Shown here: piece after piece, positions 9,957-16,066 of the stretch
Position numbering within the stretch: the stretch's first letter is position 1
Layout of the letters: each line of letters starts with the position of its first letter
Assembly (NCBI RefSeq): GCF_000025925.1
Contig: NC_014033.1
Span: 1,560,001-1,592,000 of the forward strand
Source of the DNA: Xylanibacter ruminicola 23
GTDB taxonomy: Bacteria; Bacteroidota; Bacteroidia; Bacteroidales; Bacteroidaceae
DNA length: 32,000 nt
Direction: 5' to 3'
Notes under the pieces: model-generated
What the model saw: the letters and a program-made list of their open reading frames with translations, nothing else
What the model was told of the DNA's origin: nothing
Database searches by the model: none
Position numbers and translations under genes: made by a program

Positions 9957-10070
9957 CTAGGTTGAATTTTGGCCTGTTTTTCAGGCATTTACGAAGCTTT
10001 TTTAGCCTAAGAAGTGGCTTGTTTTTGTGGATTATCGTTGCAAAAATACTAAAAAAATTCCAATTGCAAA
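9957..10070 (-). promoter_or_regulatory. CRISPR leader with candidate promoter (TTTG-N18-TATTTTTG on the minus strand)
   Basis: The minus strand reads TATTTTTG at 10048-10041, directly after the cas2 stop (10049-10051), and TTTG at 10070-10067. The 92-nt AT/T-tract-rich leader runs to the first repeat at 9956. Confidence 0.4.
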
Positions 10071-10357
10071 GGATCTGTCGGTACTTTTTTACTCTTTTCC
10101 TTCCCCCAGAAGTTAACTATATCACCATATTGTTTATCTGTTACACTAAGTATGCTCACCATACCAGTTTCTGGAACAATAGATTTAACCCTTTTGATAT
10201 GTACGGCTTGACTCTCTTTTGATGCACAATGTCGTATGTATACAGAGAATTGCAACATAACGAAACCGTCTTTCATCAAGTTCTTGCGAAAGGTCGCAGC
10301 AATTTTGCGTTCTTTCTTAGTTACAACTGGTAAATCAAAGAATACAAACAGCCACAT
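10049..10357 (-). CDS. cas2: CRISPR-associated endoribonuclease Cas2 (type II)
   Basis: The 102-aa protein MWLFVFFDLPVVTKKERK...FSVYIRHC...ITDKQ-like has the Cas2 ferredoxin-fold pattern, including the N-terminal Asp in FFDLP. It sits between cas9 and the array. Confidence 0.85.
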   Translation of the reverse strand: MWLFVFFDLPVVTKKERKIAATFRKNLMKDGFVMLQFSVYIRHCASKESQAVHIKRVKSIVPETGMVSILSVTDKQYGDIVNFWGKEKSKKVPTDPLQLEFF

Positions 10358-10397
10358 AATACGGAAACAGGATTCGAAAACATTAATGTTTGCTTTA

Positions 10398-13300
10398 TCA
10401 TATTAACCTCCTTATCTCACCAAGATCGTTAATTTCGAAATCTAAGTCCTGAACGAGTGCATTAAACTGATTATAGCTATTAACGATTAAAGGACGATAA
10501 TCTTCGTTAATCTTAAATGAACCAGATTTTTCTTCTAAATCCTTTTTCTCTCTGGCTTCTTGATGGTGCATCATATATATTCTCCCATCATATTTCATCT
10601 TTGTAATTATGTATAACCGCTTTTGCAAGTTGCGTATATCAAGATCCCATACTTCATCTCTATTATTCTCATACAAAAGGATCATAGTACCAGATTTTAA
10701 TTTATAAATCAAATCAAATCCTTCCTTTGAATAATACGATTCCCATACAACTTTTCCTACTTGCGACCTCTTATGACTTTTTATTACTTCAGTAGCCTCC
10801 AAACTATTAATCACAACATGTTGCCGGATTTCGCGACCTTTATTGTTGAGCTTAGAGAATATAAGCATCATGTAATTACCATCATTTGTCACATAATAAT
10901 GTTGTTTATAATCTTTATCTGACAAATCTCGTTGATCTTTTAGCTCGATTGGCTTCTTAACATCATTACGAAATACCCGAACTTTCTTTATTGGTATATG
11001 TTTTTCTTCGTTCATCCAAATACCCTTATTGATAGCCGCCTTCAAACTACCGTGAATAGCTATAGCTGACTCAATTATACTTCTTACAGTAGGATCTACA
11101 ATATTTCCAATCGACTTTGCATCAAGAGCTTCAATATTTGTTCTATAAACATACTTTATTTCTCCTTCATGATTGATGGCACCATAGAATTTATCATTAT
11201 GTAAGGAATTCCTTGAAGTATCACCCTTCATTTGTAGTTTGTTTCCAAACTTATCTCTGATTATTCTACCATCTTTTCCACGAAGATTTTTTTTAGTAAA
11301 CTTTTCCAAGTTATCTTTAGCATAATGTGCTATCAACAATTCGTCCTGAATATGCTTGATATCAATAACAAAGGATGGCCAAGGCTTATCAAACGTTGGC
11401 TTTGTTTTTCCTTGGAATAAATAATCATCATATTGATGACGATAATCCGCCAATTTATCATACTCAGCCTTGCCGATACAGGCGATAGTAATTGCATCAA
11501 TACAATGGTGAACATGATTAACTCGTTCTTTCTTTGCATACTCGTCCTGTATACCCCACATCTTTCTAAAATCGGACGTAGCGATACCTTTTACAATATA
11601 TACCTGTTTAAAAACAGATTTAAGATACATACGTGCATAGCGAGAAATAACGCTAATATCAGTTCCCTGACGACGAGAGAAGCCTTCAGGAACTTCTGTC
11701 ATCGTGAATCGCTGGTACTTGCCTCGCCAATAATCACGTTGCAATATCAGATAATGACGTCGACGGATTTTACTATCTTTATCTTCTTTTGATGTCGCCC
11801 CTTTAGTACTAATCTTACGTATCTGCTTGTCTATATCTTCATATTTTTCTTTCCAATTACTAATACGTTCCAGTATTTCGTCATGATTTACTAATTCTGC
11901 AGGGAGCTTTGTTTTCTTCTCGTCTCTATTAAACCTACTACTACAAAGCGTGAGGTTCATTTTTGTACTATCTCCCCCAGCGCTACGAGGGATTGTATGC
12001 TCAATATCGTATTTGGGATTATCACCCAAGAAGTCTGTAATACGAATCTCATCGCCAGTATATAAGCACTTATGATTCTGTTCCTCCCATAACTGATATT
12101 TCAAAATATCTGTATCAGACGGAGATGCGATGTATTTCTCGATTTCTTTGCGACAACGTTCTCTTTCCTTTTCATTTTCACGCTGCCACGTTTGTATAGC
12201 CCAACGTTTGTTGGCATCGTTTAAGTCGCGCGAAAATTCGATATGCACTTTCGTATCAGGAGTAATATATCCTTTTTTCAGCATCAGGTTAACCACCTTT
12301 CTAAGTCGGAACAACGAATGCATTGCCATCGGATTCTTAACACTACTTATTCGAGGAGAACCAAGTTGGAACACACCTTCATCATTTGGACGCTGTCTGG
12401 GATATGGATCCAACATTGATGGGTGATAAAGTTTCTTCAGATTATCATCGCTTACTTGATACCTTTCTTTAAGGAATGTTTTTACGCACCCTTCGAGCGT
12501 AATTCCATCGATGTTATTCTTGTCATACGAGTGCATCACATCAATAACATTTTCGATAGCAGCCTCTCGCATTTCTTTAATCCCCCAAACATGTTGAGGT
12601 AACACATCAACAAGATTCGCCAAGAATACCGCTTCTGAATAAATAAGTCCATAATCTCGCAAGTAAGGCATTATTTTGCGTATTGCTTTTAGACTCAAAG
12701 CTGCATAATCGTTGGGAATAGATATTTTGCTAAACTTCTCAGCTAATTCATCATCCAACTGTAAACGGTCCTTGGCAAACTCTTTCAGTTTATCCTCATC
12801 GTCATAGAAAAATAAAACATGCCATACATCGTTCATAATTTGGAATCGACTCTTATTATTTGCAAGCGTGTAAACCTCACAAACACTACTAAGCCAATCT
12901 TCACCAAATATTTCCTCTAACTGCGCATTTACAGGACTACCAGAAACCTGAGTATCCATTTGGTAGTTGAACTTATACGCTTTCTCTTCATTACTCTTAA
13001 TATAGCAATAGTTATTCTTGCCAGCAATCTTTTTGGCAATATCTTCGAATGGGAATGTACGTTTTGATTTACGTTTAAACAAGGGAATAATAAGTTGTTT
13101 TTCCTCATCTGTAAGACTTCGTTCACCCTTATCGTAAAGCGTATCTACCTGCACTTTGATATTATTGATAAAACTATACATTCTAAAATCCTCGTATAGT
13201 GGATGAGATGATGGACAACGAGATTTACCTTTTTCGAATGTACAAGTTCCAACCTGCCCCTTTTGCGATTTGAGAGGACGCTGGTCAAATATTGCTTTCT

Positions 13301-14012
13301 CTAACTTTTCAATAAGCGCGTCATCAAGCTCTTGCTTAGAGCAAATAGCCTTAAACTCTTTCAAATAATGTTCTTTACGAGCTGTATAGTGATTCCTTAT
13401 CTTTTTGCCTTGTTGATAAAGCTGATAAAAATATTCACCAAGATACTCACAGCCAGAATCTTTCATATCCTTAGAAAGACTACTTATACCCTCTTTTACA
13501 GTTCCTTCAGACTCTTTCGTAGCCTCCTTGCGATTACTCAAGAAACCTCTGCGTTGGTTTAAATGGTATAAAGCACGACCTAGAATAAAACGCTGAGTAA
13601 TATCACTCAAATCAAGTTTCTGAGTTAAGCAGATATATCTAAACTTATATGGATTAACCTGAGCCTTATCTTCTGTTCGCTGCCACTCCATAAATGTATC
13701 ATCAGTAGGATATACTTTCTTTAATCGCCACTGACGAAGTTGCTCATGTTTAAGCCTAGGACACAAGTCATTATCAGACAATATAGTCAGTAATCTTATC
13801 TTTCGAATCTTTCTTCGCCAATAGTGTTTCCTAACAGAACGATGCTCTGTTCGCTCTGCAGCTTTTGACGACTCTATTCCTTTTTCTATTTTAACACCTT
13901 CTGAAAAGATATTTGTACCTTTAGCAACTAGGTGATATTGATTCTCATCCTTATCTACAATAGCCCATCCGAGGCTATTGGTTCCTGTATCAATACCTAA
14001 GATTCTCTCCAT
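10398..14012 (-). CDS. cas9: Cas9 (type II-C-like, 1204 aa)
   Basis: RuvC-I is LGIDTGTNSLGWAIV. An Arg-rich bridge helix is present (RSVRKHYWRRKIRKIRL). RuvC-II is KVHIEFSRDL. The HNH motif is YDIEHTIPRSAGGDSTKMNLTLCSSRFNRDEKKTKLP. RuvC-III is NHVHHCIDAITIA. No csn2 or cas4 is present, which points to II-C. The HNH has IEH where other II-C Cas9s I recall have IDH. Confidence 0.95.
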   Translation of the reverse strand: MERILGIDTGTNSLGWAIVDKDENQYHLVAKGTNIFSEGVKIEKGIESSKAAERTEHRSVRKHYWRRKIRKIRLLTILSDNDLCPRLKHEQLRQWRLKKVYPTDDTFMEWQRTEDKAQVNPYKFRYICLTQKLDLSDITQRFILGRALYHLNQRRGFLSNRKEATKESEGTVKEGISSLSKDMKDSGCEYLGEYFYQLYQQGKKIRNHYTARKEHYLKEFKAICSKQELDDALIEKLEKAIFDQRPLKSQKGQVGTCTFEKGKSRCPSSHPLYEDFRMYSFINNIKVQVDTLYDKGERSLTDEEKQLIIPLFKRKSKRTFPFEDIAKKIAGKNNYCYIKSNEEKAYKFNYQMDTQVSGSPVNAQLEEIFGEDWLSSVCEVYTLANNKSRFQIMNDVWHVLFFYDDEDKLKEFAKDRLQLDDELAEKFSKISIPNDYAALSLKAIRKIMPYLRDYGLIYSEAVFLANLVDVLPQHVWGIKEMREAAIENVIDVMHSYDKNNIDGITLEGCVKTFLKERYQVSDDNLKKLYHPSMLDPYPRQRPNDEGVFQLGSPRISSVKNPMAMHSLFRLRKVVNLMLKKGYITPDTKVHIEFSRDLNDANKRWAIQTWQRENEKERERCRKEIEKYIASPSDTDILKYQLWEEQNHKCLYTGDEIRITDFLGDNPKYDIEHTIPRSAGGDSTKMNLTLCSSRFNRDEKKTKLPAELVNHDEILERISNWKEKYEDIDKQIRKISTKGATSKEDKDSKIRRRHYLILQRDYWRGKYQRFTMTEVPEGFSRRQGTDISVISRYARMYLKSVFKQVYIVKGIATSDFRKMWGIQDEYAKKERVNHVHHCIDAITIACIGKAEYDKLADYRHQYDDYLFQGKTKPTFDKPWPSFVIDIKHIQDELLIAHYAKDNLEKFTKKNLRGKDGRIIRDKFGNKLQMKGDTSRNSLHNDKFYGAINHEGEIKYVYRTNIEALDAKSIGNIVDPTVRSIIESAIAIHGSLKAAINKGIWMNEEKHIPIKKVRVFRNDVKKPIELKDQRDLSDKDYKQHYYVTNDGNYMMLIFSKLNNKGREIRQHVVINSLEATEVIKSHKRSQVGKVVWESYYSKEGFDLIYKLKSGTMILLYENNRDEVWDLDIRNLQKRLYIITKMKYDGRIYMMHHQEAREKKDLEEKSGSFKINEDYRPLIVNSYNQFNALVQDLDFEINDLGEIRRLI

Positions 14013-14057
14013 AATAGCAATATTTAGTTAAATTTTGCGGTAAAAGTACGAAATAAT

Positions 14058-14088
14058 TTTGAAATAACAAAGGTTTTTCCTATTTTTG
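14058..14088 (+). promoter_or_regulatory. tracrRNA promoter (TTTG-N19-TATTTTTG)
   Basis: TTTG at 14058-14061 and TATTTTTG at 14081-14088, with 19-nt spacing. This is a canonical Bacteroidetes sigma-A architecture and predicts a start near 14094-14097. Confidence 0.6.
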
Positions 14089-14093
14089 CACAC

Positions 14094-14176
14094 GTAAGAT
14101 TCCTACATCTTATCACAATAAGGCCATTATGGCCGAAGGGTAAAACCTATGCTCCCGCTTCGGTGGGAGCTTTTTT
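14094..14176 (+). ncRNA. tracrRNA (about 80 nt), divergent from cas9
   Basis: The anti-repeat at 14100-14119 (TTCCTACATC-TTAT-CACAAT) pairs with nt 1-20 of the minus-sense repeat. There are 18 of 20 pairs including G:U, with a 2-nt internal mismatch. A nexus-like hairpin GGCCA-TTA-TGGCC follows at 14122-14134. The terminator at 14151-14170 is GCTCCCGC(TTCG)GTGGGAGC with a C(UUCG)G tetraloop, followed by T6 at 14171-14176. Confidence 0.8.
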
Positions 14177-14227
14177 ATTCAAATTCCAGGAGGAACAAAT
14201 TGAATAACAAGAAAAAAAATTCGATTT

Positions 14228-14259
14228 TTTGCGAATTTAAAATAAATATATTATCTTTG
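14228..14259 (+). promoter_or_regulatory. higBA promoter (TTTG-N20-TATCTTTG)
   Basis: TTTG at 14228-14231 and TATCTTTG at 14252-14259, 20 nt upstream of the higB ATG at 14280. Confidence 0.5.
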
Positions 14260-14279
14260 CACCCAAAATAGTTATTATT

Positions 14280-14597
14280 ATGGTAGTAACGTTCAACGAG
14301 GATTATCTGGAGAAGCTCTATACAAAGGGCGAGACTGGGGTGAAGAAACTCCGGTTTCAACCACAGATAGTCAGAGGATATCAAAAGGGCATCAAATTTC
14401 TGATTCAAGCCAAACGGAAAGAAGATTTGTTCCCCTTTAAGTCTCTTCATTTCGAAGCGTTGCATGGCGACAAGGAGGGACGTTTCTCTATAAGGGCTAA
14501 TGATCAGTATCGCATAGAATTCACTCTAGAAGAGACTGGCGACGAGCCCGTAGTAACAATATGTAATATAATGGAATTGTCAAATCACTATAAATAA
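14280..14597 (+). CDS. higB: HigB-type (plasmid maintenance system killer, RelE/ParE superfamily) toxin
   Basis: The 105-aa protein carries ...ALHGDKEGRFSIRANDQYRIEF..., the typical HigB/killer-protein core. An HTH antitoxin gene follows 7 nt downstream, giving the toxin-first order typical of HigBA. Confidence 0.75.
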   Translation: MVVTFNEDYLEKLYTKGETGVKKLRFQPQIVRGYQKGIKFLIQAKRKEDLFPFKSLHFEALHGDKEGRFSIRANDQYRIEFTLEETGDEPVVTICNIMELSNHYK

Positions 14598-14604
14598 ATA
14601 AGGT

Positions 14605-14946
14605 ATGGCTAAAAATAATTTTTCAAAAGAAAAGATTGCTAATAACATGACATCATCGATGTTGATTCATCCTGGTGAGATGATCAAGGATGAGATTATG
14701 GCGCGTGGCCTTACCCAAAAGGATTTGGCCCAGCAGATGGGGGTATCATATACGGTGTTTAACGAGATATTGAATGGTAAGCGACCTGTTACAACCGAGT
14801 ATGCTCTATTACTTGAGGCTGCTCTTGGTACAGATGCCAACATCTGGCTTGGCTTGCAGGCAGATTACAACATGCAGAAGATGAAGCAGGACAAATCATT
14901 CATGTCGCGCTTGGAGAAGATTCGCAAGATTGCAGCGATATTTTAA
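14605..14946 (+). CDS. higA: HigA-type XRE-family HTH antitoxin
   Basis: HTH segment LTQKDLAQQMGVSYTVFNEILNGKRPVT within a HigA-like context (IHPGEMIKDEIMARG...). Confidence 0.75.
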   Translation: MAKNNFSKEKIANNMTSSMLIHPGEMIKDEIMARGLTQKDLAQQMGVSYTVFNEILNGKRPVTTEYALLLEAALGTDANIWLGLQADYNMQKMKQDKSFMSRLEKIRKIAAIF

Positions 14947-15341
14947 TCCTCTGTATAGAGTTTGTCTTTCTCGAAGGTGATGCCTTCGTAGAGTTCTTGG
15001 TGGCCTTCGTAGCTCTGGGGGAGGAAGTGGAGGCGGACACCACGGATGTGCTTTTTGGCTTTAAAATCCTTGAGATTGTCAACCTTTTCGCTTTCGATTT
15101 CGAGCTTCATCATGCCCCAGTCCTCTAAGCGCACACGATCGCCCTCACGTAAATGATTGTTTACAACCTCGGCAACACTCGTCATGACTGCCAATACATT
15201 AGAAGTATGCGTACCCATGCGTTGGGCCACTTCTTTAATAAGTTGCCTGCTCTCTACGGTGTGGTAGTGAACTGCCACAGCCTTGTACTTACCAAAAGTG
15301 GGCAACGTTGGTTTGGTTTCTTTCTTTAATCTATATTTCAT
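14943..15341 (-). CDS. Bacteroidetes HU-like (HU_HIG-type) DNA-binding protein
   Basis: About 132 aa, starting MKYRLKKETKP...YKAVAVHYHTV...LREGDRVRLEDWGMMKLEIES, the pattern of Bacteroidales histone-like proteins. ATG at 15341 is preferred over the GTG at 15374 because a minus-strand TATATTTG box lies at 15371-15364. The stop overlaps the higA stop (TTAA at 14943-14946). Confidence 0.65.
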   Translation of the reverse strand: MKYRLKKETKPTLPTFGKYKAVAVHYHTVESRQLIKEVAQRMGTHTSNVLAVMTSVAEVVNNHLREGDRVRLEDWGMMKLEIESEKVDNLKDFKAKKHIRGVRLHFLPQSYEGHQELYEGITFEKDKLYTED

Positions 15342-15463
15342 AAGTAATACGTTTTTAGTGCTGCAAATATACACATTTTCTAGAGAATAAACAAAATAAT
15401 TAATGAAAATATTATTTTTTGTTGAATGCGGCAGAGAAAATAAAATAAAAAATTATGCAATAA

Positions 15464-15577
15464 GCCTACATGCCTACATATTTTTGACTTAAACACCTAT
15501 TACACAATATGTTACAAAGATTAAAGCCTACACAAAGCCCCACAAAAGCCTACATAAAGCCTACATGCAGCCTACAT
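15464..15577. repeat. Left iteron arm: 7 direct copies of GCCTACAT
   Basis: Copies start at 15464 and 15472 (8-nt spacing). Further copies start at 15526, 15537 (degenerate, GCCCCACA), 15548, 15559 and 15570, with exact 11-nt phasing. Confidence 0.9.
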
Positions 15578-15652
15578 GTTTTTGCCGTTTACCCACGTAC
15601 TAACAGATATTGTTTGCCTGAATAGCAACCTTTATCCTTAATACTCGTTACG

Positions 15653-15735
15653 AAATTCTCTAGAGAATTTTGCAGCTACCCAGGTACTCAGTAATGTTTA
15701 GTAAGGCACTTAGCCGAAAATTCTCTAGAGAATTT
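15653..15735. repeat. Two identical perfect 18-bp palindromes AAATTCTCTAGAGAATTT, 65 bp apart
   Basis: Located at 15653-15670 and 15718-15735, each within the direct-repeat context CGAAA(A)TTCTCTAGAGAATTT(T/C)GCAGC. A related half-site TTCTAGAGAA lies at 15378-15387, next to the HU-like gene promoter. Confidence 0.9.
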
Positions 15736-15863
15736 CGCAGCATCCTTTAGGGAGAAATATTGCAAGTACATTAATAAGTATGTTTTCGCAAGGCAGGAAG
15801 TAGCTTTTTGTGCCTTAAAAAGTTACTTTTGGGATGTCGAAAAGCTACTTTTCGGTCGAATTT

Positions 15864-15967
15864 ATGTAGGCTTTATGTAGGCTTTTGTGGTACTTTATGT
15901 AGGCTTGAAAACGCACAAAACCATCTGTACATGCGGTTTTCGAGCGATTTTATGTAGGCATGTAGGC
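15864..15967. repeat. Right iteron arm: 6 inverted copies (ATGTAGGC), mirror image of the left arm
   Basis: Copies start at 15864, 15875, about 15885 (degenerate) and 15897 with 11-nt phasing, then at 15952 and 15960 with 8-nt spacing. The reverse complement of 15951-15968 is identical to 15463-15480. Confidence 0.9.
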
Positions 15968-16066
15968 TATATAGCAAAAATAATTTCTAAAAATGTAATT
16001 AATTCTCGAATATTTGTAGTACCTTTGTGGGCGATTATCATAAACAAATAACTAATAAACATAAAT

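Noticed and set aside
8890-9990. Weak similarity between the sequence beyond the distal repeat (GTTGAACTGTGTCAAGGCCATTTT, about 8891) and the leader (GTTGAATTTTGGCCTGTTTTT, about 9961)
   Set aside because: The similarity is short, gapped and dominated by T-tracts, so it is not distinguishable from chance by inspection.
8978-10222. Four plus-strand ORFs (8978-9238, 9103-9396, 9660-9965, 9857-10222) with repetitive peptides such as LYIIPFLHQTTT
   Set aside because: They are translations of the CRISPR repeats in different frames. Their periodicity equals the 65-66 nt repeat-spacer unit, so they are not genes.
15464-15967. The iteron core CCTACAT is also present in the CRISPR repeat (TTTCCTACATCAAACC) and in the tracrRNA anti-repeat
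   Set aside because: Only a 7-mer is shared, which is too short for meaningful RNA pairing or to argue common origin. I treat it as a post hoc coincidence unless it is conserved elsewhere.
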